This document shows, piece after piece, positions 50,601-62,600 of a stretch of DNA of 64,000 bases (position 1 is the first letter of the stretch; every line of letters begins with the position of its first letter). The notes beneath the pieces are model-generated. The model did no database searches, was not told where the DNA came from, and worked only from the letters and a program-made list of their open reading frames with translations. The stretch spans positions 3,224,001 to 3,288,000 of the forward strand of contig OZ024745.1 in assembly GCA_964016885.1 (NCBI GenBank), read 5' to 3'. Position numbers and translations under genes: made by a program. The DNA is from Eledone cirrhosa (Eukaryota).

Positions 50601-53600
50601 ACCTGTCCTTTAGTCCACCATCTCGCACCTGTCCTTTAGTCCACCTTCTCCCACCTGTCCTTTAGTCCACCATCTCCCACCTGTCCTTTAGTCCACCATC
50701 TCCCACCTGTCCTTTAGTCCACCATCTCGCACCTGTCCTTTAGTCCACCATCTCCCACCTGTCCTTTAGTCCACCTTCTCCCACCTGTCCTTTAGTCCAC
50801 CATCTCCCGCCTGTCCTTTAGTCCACCATCTCCCACCTGTCCTTTAGTCCACCTTCTCCCACCTGTCCTTTAGTCCACCATCTTCCACCTGTCCTTTAGT
50901 CCACCTTCTCCCATCTGTCCTTTAGTCCACCTTCTCCCACCTGTCCTTTAGTCCACCATCTCCCACCTGTCCTTTAGTCCACCTTCTCCCACCTGTCCTT
51001 TAGTCCACCATCTCCCACCTGTCCTTTAGTCCACCATCTCCCACCTGTCCTTTAGTCCACCTTCTCCCACCTGTCCTTTAGTCCACCTTCTCCCACCTGT
51101 CCTTTAGTCCACCATCTCCCACCTGTCCTTTACTCCACCATCTCCCACCTGTCCTTTAGTCTCCCATCTCCCACCTGTCCTTTAGTCCACCTTCTCCCAC
51201 CTGTCCTTTAGTCCACCATCTCCCACCTGTCATTTAGTCCACCTTCTCCCACCTGTCCTTTACTCCACCTTCTCCCACCTGTCCTTTAGTCCACCTGCTC
51301 CCACCTGTCCTTTAGTACACCTTCTCCCACCTGTCCTTTACTCCACCTTCTCCCACCTGTCCTTTAGTCCACCTGCTCCCACCTGTCCTTTAGTACACCT
51401 TCTCCCACCTGTCCTTTACTCCACCATCTCCCACCTGTCCTTTAGTCCACCATCTCCCACCTGTCCTTTAGTCCACCTTCTCCCACCTGTCCTTTAGTCT
51501 ACCATCTCCCACCTGTTCTTTAGTCCACCTTCTCCCACCTGTCCTTTAGTCTACCATCTCCCACCTGTCCTTTAGTCCACCTTCTCCCACCTGTCATTTA
51601 GTCCACCTTCTCCCACCTGTCCTTTAGTCCACCTTCTCCCACCTGTCCTTTAGTCCACCTTCTCCCACCTGTCCTTTAGTCCACCATCTCCCACCTGTCC
51701 TTTTGTCCACCATCTCCCACCTGTCCTTTAGTCCACCATCTCGCACCTGTCCTTTAGTCCACCATCTCGCACCTGTCCTTTAGTCCACCTTCTCCCACCT
51801 GTCCTTTAGTCCACCTTCTCCCACCTGTCCTTTAGTCCACCATCTCCCACCTGTCCTTTCTCCACCTTCTCCCACCTGTCCTTTAGTCTACCATCTCCCA
51901 CCTGTCCTTTAGTCCACCATCTCCCACCTGTCCTTTGGTCCACCTTCTCCCACCTGTCCTTTAGTCCACCTTCTCCCACCTGTCCTTTAGTCCACCATCT
52001 CCCACCTGTCCTTTTGTCCACCATCTCCCACCTGTCCTTTAGTCCACCATCTCGCACCTGTCCTTTAGTCCACCATCTCGCACCTGTCCTTTAGTCCACC
52101 TTCTCCCACCTGTCCTTTAGTCCACCTTCTCCCACCTGTCCTTTAGTCCACCATCTCCCACCTGTCCTTTCTCCACCTTCTCCCACCTGTCCTTTAGTCT
52201 ACCATCTCCCACCTGTCCTTTAGTCCACCTTCTCCCACCTGTCCTTTAGTCCACCTTCTCCCACCTGTCCTTTAGTCCACCTTCTCCCACCTGTCCTTTA
52301 GTCTACCATCTCCCACCTGTCCTTTAGTCCACCTTCTCCCACCTGTCCTTTAGTCTACCATCTCCCACCTGTCCTTTAGTCCACCATCTCCCACCTGTCC
52401 TTTAGTCCACCTTCTCCCACCTGTCCTTTGGTCCACCTTCTCCCACCTGTCCTTTAGTCCACCTTCTCCCACCTGTCCTTTACTCCACCTTCTCCCACCT
52501 GTCCTTTAGTCTACCATCTCCCACCTGTCCTTTAGTCCACCTTCTCCCACCTGTTCTTTAGTCCACCTTCTCCCACCTGTCCTTTAGTCTACCATCTCCC
52601 ACCTGTCCTTTAGTCCAACTTCTCTCACCTGTCCTTTAGTCCACTTTCTCCCACCTGTCCTTTAGTCCACCTTCCCCCAACTGTCCTTTAGTCCACCTTC
52701 TCTCACCTGTCCTTTAGTCCACCTTCTCCCACCTGTCCTTTAGTCCACCTTCTCCCACCTGTCCTTTAGTCCACCTTCCCCCACCTGTCCTTTAGTCCAC
52801 CATCTCCCACCTGTCCTTTAGTCCACCTTCTCCCACCTGTCATTTAGTCCACCTTCTCCCACCTGTCCTTTAGTCCACCTTCTCCCACCTGTCCTTTAGT
52901 CCACCATCTCCCACCTGTCCTTTACTCCACCATCTCCCACCTGTCCTTTAGTCCACCATCTCGCACCTGTCCTTTAGTCCACCTTCTCCCACCTGTCCTT
53001 TAGTCCACCTTCTCCCACCTGTCCTTTAGTCCACCTTCTCCCACCTGTCCTTTACTCCACCATCTCCCACCTGTCCTTTAGTCCACCATCTCCCACCTGT
53101 CCTTTAGTCCACCTTCTCCCACCTGTCCTTTAGTCTACCATCTCCCACCTGTCCTTTAGTCCACCTTCTCCCACCTGTCCTTTAGTCCACCTTCTCCCAC
53201 CTGTCCTTTAGTCCACCATCTCCCACCTGTCCTTTAGTCCACCATCTCCCACCTGTCCTTTAGTCCACCATCTCGCACCTGTCCTTTAGTCCACCATCTC
53301 GCACCTGTCCTTTAGTCCACCTTCTCCCACCTGTCCTTTAGTCCACCTTCTCCCATCTGTCCTTTAGTCCACCTTCTCCCACCTGTCCTTTAGTCCACCA
53401 TCTCCCACCTGTCCTTTAGTCCACCATCTCCCACCTGTCCTTTAGTCCACCATCTCGCACCTGTCCTTTAGTCCACCATCTCCCACCTGTCCTTTAGTCC
53501 ACCTTCTCCCACCTATCCTTTAGTCCACCTTCTCCCATCTGTCCTTTAGTCCACCTTCTCCCACCTTTCCTTTAGTCCACCTTCTCCCACCTGTCCTTTA

Positions 53601-56600
53601 GTCCACCTTCTCCCTCCTGTCCTTTAGTCCACCATCTCGCACCTGTCCTTTAGTCCACCATCTCCCACCTGTCCTTTAGTCCACCTTCTCCCACCTGTCC
53701 TTTAGTCCACCTTCTCCCACCTGTCCTTTAGTCCACCTTCTCCCACCTGTCTTTTAGTCCTCCATATCCCACCTGTCCTTTAGTCCACCATCTCCCACCT
53801 GTCCTTTAGTCCACCATCTCCCACCTGTCCTTTAGTCCACCTTCTCCCACCTGTCCTTTAGTCCACCATCTCCCACCTGTCCTTTAGTCCACCTTCTCCC
53901 ATCTGTCCTTTAGTCCACCTTCTCCCACCTGTCCTTTAGTCCACCTTCTCCCACCTGTCCTTTAGTCCACCATCTCGCACCTGTCCTTTAGTCCACCATC
54001 TCCCACCTGTCCTTTAGTCAACCTTCTCCCACCTGTCCTTTAGTCCACCTTCTCCCACCTGTCCTTTAGTCCACCTTCTCCCACCTGTCCTTTAGTCCAC
54101 CATCTCGCACCTGTCCTTTAGTCCACCATCTCGCACCTGTCCTTTAGTCCACCATCTCCCACCTGTCCTTTACTCCACCTTCTCCCACCTGTCCTTTAGT
54201 CCACCTTCTCCCACCTGTCCTTTAGTCCACCTTCTCCCACCTGTCCTTTAGTCTACCATCTCCCACATGTCCTTTACTCCACCTTCTCCCACCTGTCCTT
54301 TAGTCTACCATCTCCCACCTGTCCTTTAGTCCACCTTCTCCCACCTGTCCTTTAGTCCACCTTCTCCCACCTGTCCTTTAGTACTCCTTCTCCCACCTGT
54401 CCTTTAGTCTACCATCTCCCACCTGTCCTTTAGTCCACCTTCTCCCACCTGTCCTTTAGTCCACCTTCTCCCGCCTGTCCTTTAGTACACCTTTTCCCAC
54501 CTGTCCTTTAGTCCACCTTCTCCCACCTGTCCTTTAGTCCACCATCTCCCACCTGTCCTTTAGTCCACCTTCTGCCACCTGTCCTTTAGTCCACCTTCTC
54601 CCACCTGTCCTTTAGTCCACCTTCTCCCACCTGTCCTTTAGTCTACCATCTCCCACCTGTCCTTTAGTCCACCTTCTCCCACCTGTCCTTTAGTCCACCT
54701 TCTCCCACCTGTCCTTTAGTCCACCATCTCCCACCTGTCCTTTACTCCACCTTCTCCCACCTGTCCTTTAGTCTACCATCTCCCACCTGTCCTTTAGTCC
54801 ACCTTCTCCCACCTGTCCTTTAGTCCACCTTCTCCCGCCTGTCCTTTAGTACACCTTTTCCCACCTGTCCTTTAGTCCACCTTCTCCCACCTGTCCTTTA
54901 GTCTACCATCTCCCACCTGTCATTTAGTCCACCTTCTCCCACCTGTCCTTTAGTCCACCTTCTCCCACCTGTCCTTTAGTCCACCATCTCCCACCTGTCC
55001 TTTAGTCTACCATCTCCCACCTGTCCTTTAGTCCACCTTCTCCCACCTGTCCTTTAGTCCACCTTCTCCCACCTGTCCTTTAGTCCACCTTCTCCCACCT
55101 GTCCTTTAGTCCACCATCTCCCACCTGTCCTTTAGTCCACCATCTCCCACCTGTCCTTTAGTCCACCTTCTCCCACCTGTCCTTTAGTCCACCTTCTCCC
55201 ACCTGTCCTTTAGTCCACCATCTCCCACCTGTCCTTTACTCCACCATCTCCCACCTGTCCTTTAGTCTCCCATCTCCCACCTGTCCTTTAGTCCACCTTC
55301 TCCCACCTGTCCTTTAGTCCACCATCTCCCACCTGTCATTTAGTCCACCTTCTCCCACCTGTCCTTTACTCCACCTTCTCCCACCTGTCCTTTAGTCCAC
55401 CTGCTCCCACCTGTCCTTTAGTACACCTTCTCCCACCTGTCCTTTACTCCACCTTCTCCCACCTGTCCTTTAGTCCACCTGCTCCCACCTGTCCTTTAGT
55501 ACACCTTCTCCCACCTGTCCTTTACTCCACCATCTCCCACCTGTCCTTTAGTCCACCATCTCCCACCTGTCCTTTAGTCCACCTTCTCCCACCTGTCCTT
55601 TAGTCTACCATCTCCCACCTGTTCTTTAGTCCACCTTCTCCCACCTGTCCTTTAGTCTACCATCTCCCACCTGTTCTTTAGTCCACCTTCTCCCACCTGT
55701 CCTTTAGTCCACCTTCTCCCACCTGTCCTTTAGTCTACCATCTCCCACCTGTCCTTTAGTCCACCATCTCCCACCTGTCCTTTAGTCCACCTTCTCCCAC
55801 CTGTCATTTAGTCCACCTTCTCCCACCTGTCCTTTAGTCCACCTTCTCCCACCTGTCCTTTAGTCCACCTTCTCCCACCTGTCCTTTAGTCCACCATCTC
55901 CCACCTGTCCTTTTGTCCACCATCTCCCACCTGTCCTTTAGTCCACCATCTCGCACCTGTCCTTTAGTCCACCATCTCGCACCTGTCCTTTAGTCCACCT
56001 TCTCCCACCTGTCCTTTAGTCCACCTTCTCCCACCTGTCCTTTAGTCCACCATCTCCCACCTGTCCTTTCTCCACCTTCTCCCACCTGTCCTTTAGTCTA
56101 CCATCTCCCACCTGTCCTTTAGTCCACCTTCTCCCACCTGTCCTTTAGTCCACCTTCTCCCACCTGTCCTTTAGTCCACCTTCTCCCACCTGTCCTTTAG
56201 TCTACCTTCTCCCACCTGTCCTTTACTCCACCTTCTCCCACCTGTCCTTTGGTCCACCTTCTCCCACCTGTCCTTTAGTCCACCTTCTCCCACCTGTCCT
56301 TTAGTCTACCTTCTCCCACCTGTCCTTTAGTCCACCTTCTCCCACCTGTCCTTTGGTCCACCTTCTCCCACCTGTCCTTTAGTCCACCTTCTCCCACCTG
56401 TCCTTTACTCCACCTTCTCCCACCTGTCCTTTAGTCTACCATCTCCCACCTGTCCTTTAGTCCACCTTCTCCCACCTGTTCTTTAGTCCACCTTCTCCCA
56501 CCTGTCCTTTAGTCTACCATCTCCCACCTGTCCTTTAGTCCAACTTCTCTCACCTGTCCTTTAGTCCACCTTCTCCCACCTGTCCTTTAGTCCACTTTCT

Positions 56601-59600
56601 CCCACCTGTCCTTTAGTCCACCTTCCCCCAACTGTCCTTTAGTCCACCTTCTCTCACCTGTCCTTTAGTCCACCTTCTCCCACCTGTCCTTTAGTCCACC
56701 TTCTCCCACCTGTCCTTTAGTCCACCTTCCCCCACCTGTCCTTTAGTCCACCATCTCCCACCTGTCCTTTAGTCCACCTTCTCCCACCTGTCATTTAGTC
56801 CACCTTCTCCCACCTGTCCTTTAGTCCACCTTCTCCCACCTGTCCTTTAGTCCACCATCTCCCACCTGTCCTTTACTCCACCATCTCCCACCTGTCCTTT
56901 AGTCCACCATCTCGCACCTGTCCTTTAGTCCACCTTCTCCCACCTGTCCTTTAGTCCACCTTCTCCCACCTGTCCTTTAGTCCACCTTCTCCCACCTGTC
57001 CTTTACTCCACCATCTCCCACCTGTCCTTTAGTCCACCATCTCCCACCTGTCCTTTAGTCCACCTTCTCCCACCTGTCCTTTAGTCTACCATCTCCCACC
57101 TGTCCTTTAGTCCACCTTCTCCCACCTGTCCTTTAGTCCACCTTCTCCCACCTGTCCTTTAGTCCACCATCTCCCACCTGTCCTTTAGTCCACCATCTCC
57201 CACCTGTCCTTTAGTCCACCATCTCGCACCTGTCCTTTAGTCCACCATCTCGCACCTGTCCTTTAGTCCACCTTCTCCCACCTGTCCTTTAGTCCACCTT
57301 CTCCCATCTGTCCTTTAGTCCACCTTCTCCCACCTGTCCTTTAGTCCACCATCTCCCACCTGTCCTTTAGTCCACCATCTCCCACCTGTCCTTTAGTCCA
57401 CCATCTCGCACCTGTCCTTTAGTCCACCATCTCCCACCTGTCCTTTAGTCCACCTTCTCCCACCTATCCTTTAGTCCACCTTCTCCCATCTGTCCTTTAG
57501 TCCACCTTCTCCCACCTTTCCTTTAGTCCACCTTCTCCCACCTGTCCTTTAGTCCACCTTCTCCCTCCTGTCCTTTAGTCCACCATCTCGCACCTGTCCT
57601 TTAGTCCACCATCTCCCACCTGTCCTTTAGTCCACCTTCTCCCACCTGTCCTTTAGTCCACCTTCTCCCACCTGTCCTTTAGTCCACCTTCTCCCACCTG
57701 TCTTTTAGTCCTCCATATCCCACCTGTCCTTTAGTCCACCATCTCCCACCTGTCCTTTAGTCCACCATCTCCCACCTGTCCTTTAGTCCACCTTCTCCCA
57801 CCTGTCCTTTAGTCCACCATCTCCCACCTGTCCTTTAGTCCACCTTCTCCCATCTGTCCTTTAGTCCACCTTCTCCCACCTGTCCTTTAGTCCACCTTCT
57901 CCCACCTGTCCTTTAGTCCACCATCTCGCACCTGTCCTTTAGTCCACCATCTCCCACCTGTCCTTTAGTCAACCTTCTCCCACCTGTCCTTTAGTCCACC
58001 TTCTCCCACCTGTCCTTTAGTCCACCTTCTCCCACCTGTCCTTTAGTCCACCATCTCGCACCTGTCCTTTAGTCCACCATCTCGCACCTGTCCTTTAGTC
58101 CACCATCTCCCACCTGTCCTTTACTCCACCTTCTCCCACCTGTCCTTTAGTCCACCTTCTCCCACCTGTCCTTTAGTCCACCTTCTCCCACCTGTCCTTT
58201 AGTCTACCATCTCCCACATGTCCTTTACTCCACCTTCTCCCACCTGTCCTTTAGTCTACCATCTCCCACCTGTCCTTTAGTCCACCTTTTCCCACCTGTC
58301 CTTTAGTCCACCATCTCCCACCTGTCCTTTAGTCTACCATCTCCCACCTGTCCTTTAGTCCACCTTCTCCCACCTGTCCTTTAGTCCACCTTCTCCCACC
58401 TGTCCTTTATTCCACCTTCTCCCACCTGTCCTTTAGTCCACCTTCTCCCACCTGTCCTTTAGTCCACCTTCTCCCACCTGTCCTTTAGTCCACCTTCTCC
58501 CACCTGTCCTTTAGTCCACCTTCTCCCACCTGTCCTTTAGTCTACCTTCTCCCACCTGTCCTTTAGTCCACCATCTCCCACCTGTCCTTTCTCCAGCTTC
58601 TCCCACCTGTCCTTTAGTCTACCATCTCCCACCTGTCCTTTAGTCCACCTTCTCCCACCTGTCCTTTAGTCCACCTTCTCCCACCTGTACTTTAGTCCAC
58701 CTTCTCCCACCTGTCCTTTAGTCTACCATCTCCCACCTGTCCTTTAGTCCACCTTCTCCCACCTGTCCTTTAGTCCACCTTCTCCCACCTGTTCTTTAGT
58801 CCACCTTCTCCCACCTGTCCTTTACTCCACCTTCTCCCACCTGTCCTTTAGTCTACCATCTCCCACCTGTCCTTTAGTCCACCTTCTCCCACCTGTCCTT
58901 TAGTCCACCTTCTCCCACCTGTCCTTTAGTCCACCTTCTCCCACCTGTCCTTTAGTCCACCTTCTCCAACCTGTCCTTTAGTCCACCTTCTCCCATCTGT
59001 CCTTTAGTCTACCATCTCCCACCTGTCCTTTAGTCCACCTTCTCCCACCTGTCCTTTAGTCCACCTTCTCCCACCTGTCCTTTAGTCTACCATCTCCCAC
59101 CTGTCCTTTACTCCACCTTCTCCCACCTGTCCTTTAGTCTACCATCTCCCACCTGTCCTTTAGTCCACCTTCTCCCACCTGTCCTTTAGTCCACCTTCTC
59201 CCACCTGTCCTTTAGTCTACCATCTCCCACCTGTCCTTTACTCCACCTTCTCCCATCTGTCCTTTAGTCTACCATCTCCCACCTGTCCTTTAGTCCACCT
59301 TCTCCCACCTGTCCTTTAGTCTACCATCTCCCACCTGTCCTTTAGTCTACCATCTCCCACCTGTCCTTTAGTCCACCTTCTCCCACCTGTCCTTTAGTCC
59401 ACCTTCTCCCACCTGTCCTTTAGTCCTCCTTCTCCCACCTGTCCTTTAGTCTACCATCTCCCACCTGTCCTTTAGTCCACCTTCTCCCACCTGTCCTTTA
59501 GTCAACCTTCTCCCACCTGCCCTTTAGTCCACCTTCTCCCACCTGTCCTTTAGTCCACCTTCTCCCACCTGTCCTTTAGTCCACCGTCTCCCGCCTGTCC

Positions 59601-62600
59601 TTTAGTCCACCTTTTCCCACCTGTCCTTTAGTCCACCTTCTCCCACCTGTCCTTTAGTCCACCATCTCCCACCTGTCCTTTAGTCCACCTTCTCCCACCT
59701 GTCCTTTAGTCTACCATCTCCCACCTGTCCTTTAGTCCACCTTCTCCCACCTGTCCTTTAGTCCACCTTCTCCCACCTGTCCTTTAGTCCACCATCTCCC
59801 ACCTGTCCTTTAGTCCACCATCTCCCACCTGTCCTTTAGTCCACCTTCTCCCACCTGTCCTTTAGTCTACCATCTCCCACCTGTCCTTTAGTCCACCTTC
59901 TCCCACCTGTCCTTTAGTCCACCTTCTCCCGCCTGTCCTTTAGTCCACCTTCTCCCACCTGTCCTTTAGTCCACCTTCTCCCACCTGTCCTTTAGTCCAC
60001 CTTCTCCCACCTGTCCTTTACTCCACCATCTCCCACCTGTCCTTTAGTCCACCATCTCCCACCTGTCCTTTAGTCCACCTTCTCCCACCTGTCCTTTAGT
60101 CTACCATCTCCCACCTGTCCTTTAGTCCACCTTCTCCCACCTGTCCTTTAGTCCACCTTCTCCCACCTGTCCTTTAGTCCACCATCTCCCACCTGTCCTT
60201 TAGTCCACCATCTCCCACCTGTCCTTTAGTCCACCATCTCGCACCTGTCCTTTAGTCCACCATCTCGCACCTGTCCTTTAGTCCACCTTCTCCCACCTGT
60301 CCTTTAGTCCACCTTCTCCCACCTGTCCTTTAGTCCACCATCTCCCACCTGTCCTTTAGTCCACCTTCTCCCACCTGTCCTTTAGTCCACCATCTCCCAC
60401 CTGTCCTTTAGTCCACCTTCTCCCACCTGTCCTTTAGTCCACCTTCTCCCACCTGTCCTTTAGTCCACCATCTCCCACCTGTCCTTTAGTCCACCATCTC
60501 CCACCTGTCCTTTAGTCCACCATCTCGCACCTGTCCTTTAGTCCACCATCTCCCACCTGTCCTTTAGTCCACCTTCTCCCACCTGTCCTTTAGTCTACCA
60601 TCTCCCACCTGTCCTTTAGTCCACCTTCTCCCACCTGTCCTTTAGTCCACCTTCTCCCACCTGTCCTTTAGTCCACCTTCTCCCACCTGTCCTTTAGTCC
60701 ACCTTCTCCCACCTGTCCTTTAGTCTACCTTCTCCCACCTGTCCTTTAGTCCACCATCTCCCACCTGTCCTTTCTCCAGCTTCTCCCACCTGTCCTTTAG
60801 TCTACCATCTCCCACCTGTCCTTTAGTCCACCTTCTCCCACCTGTCCTTTAGTCCACCTTCTCCCACCTGTACTTTAGTCCACCTTCTCCCACCTGTCCT
60901 TTAGTCTACCATCTCCCACCTGTCCTTTAGTCCACCTTCTCCCACCTGTCCTTTAGTCCACCTTCTCCCACCTGTTCTTTAGTCCACCTTCTCCCACCTG
61001 TCCTTTACTCCACCTTCTCCCACCTGTCCTTTAGTCTACCATCTCCCACCTGTCCTTTAGTCCACCTTCTCCCACCTGTCCTTTAGTCCACCTTCTCCAA
61101 CCTGTCCTTTAGTCCACCTTCTCCCACCTGTCCTTTAGTCTACCATCTCCCACCTGTCCTTTAGTCCACCTTCTCCCACCTGTCCTTTAGTCCACCTTCT
61201 CCCACCTGTCCTTTAGTCCACCTTCTCCCACCTGTCCTTTACTCCACCTTCTCCCACCTGTACTTTAGTCCACCTTCTCCCACCTGTCCTTTAGTCTACC
61301 ATCTCCCACCTGTCCTTTAGTCCACCTTCTCCCACCTGTTCTTTAGTCCACCTTCTCCCACCTGTCCTTTACTCCACCTTCTCCCACCTGTACTTTAGTC
61401 CACCTTCTCCCACCTGTCCTTTAGTCTACCATCTCCCACCTGTCCTTTAGTCCACCTTCTCCCACCTGTCCTTTAGTCCACCTTCTCCCACCTGTCCTTT
61501 AGTCCACCTTCTCCCACCTGTCCTTTACTCCACCTTCTCCCACCTGTCCTTTAGTCTACCATCTCCCACCTGTCCTTTAGTCTACCATCTCCCACCTGTC
61601 CTTTACTCCACCTTCTCCCACCTGTCCTTTAGTCTACCATCTCCCACCTGTCCTTTAGTCCACCATCTCCCACCTGTCCTTTAGTCCACCTTCTCCCACC
61701 TGTCCTTTAGTCCACCTTCTCCCACCTGTCCTTTAGTCCACCTTCTCCCACCTGTCCTTTAGTCTACCATCTCCCACCTGTCCTTTAGTCCACCATCTCC
61801 CACCTGTCCTTTAGTCCACCTTCTCCCACCTGTCCTTTAGTCCACCTTCTCCCACCTGTCCTTTAGTCCACCTTCTCCCACCTGTCCTTTAGTCTACCAT
61901 CTCCCACCTGTCCTTTAGTCCACCATCTCCCACCTGTCCTTTAGTCCACCTTCTCCCACCTGTCCTTTAGTCCACCTTCTCCCACCTGTCCTTTAGTCCA
62001 CCTTCTCCCACCTGTCCTTTAGTCCACCATCTCCCACCTGTCCTTTAGTCCACCTTCTCCCACCTGTCCTTTAGTCCACCTTCTCCCACCTGTCCTTTAG
62101 TCCACCATCTCCCACCTGTCCTTTAGTCCACCTTCTCCCACCTGTCCTTTAGTCCACCTTCTCCCACCTGTCCTTTAGTCCACCTTCTCCCACCTGTCCT
62201 TTAGTCCTCCTTCTCCCACCTGTCCTTTAGTCTACCATCTCCCACCTGTCCTTTAGTCCACCTTCTCCCGCCTGTCCTTTAGTCCACCTTTTCCCACCTG
62301 TCCTTTAGTCCACCTTCTCCCACCTGTCCTTTAGTCCACCATCTCCCACCTGTCCTTTAGTCCACCTTCTCCCACCTGTCCTTTAGTCTACCATCTCCCA
62401 CCTGTCCTTTAGTCCACCTTCTCCCACCTGTCCTTTAGTCCACCTTCTCCCACCTGTCCTTTAGTCCACCATCTCCCACCTGTCCTTTAGTCCACCATCT
62501 CCCACCTGTCCTTTAGTCCACCTTCTCCCACCTGTCCTTTAGTCTACCATCTCCCACCTGTCCTTTAGTCCACCTTCTCCCACCTGTCCTTTAGTCCACC

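Noticed and set aside
51806-52057. 83-aa minus-strand repetitive ORF
   Set aside because: Translation of satellite monomers in which TAA happens to be mutated.
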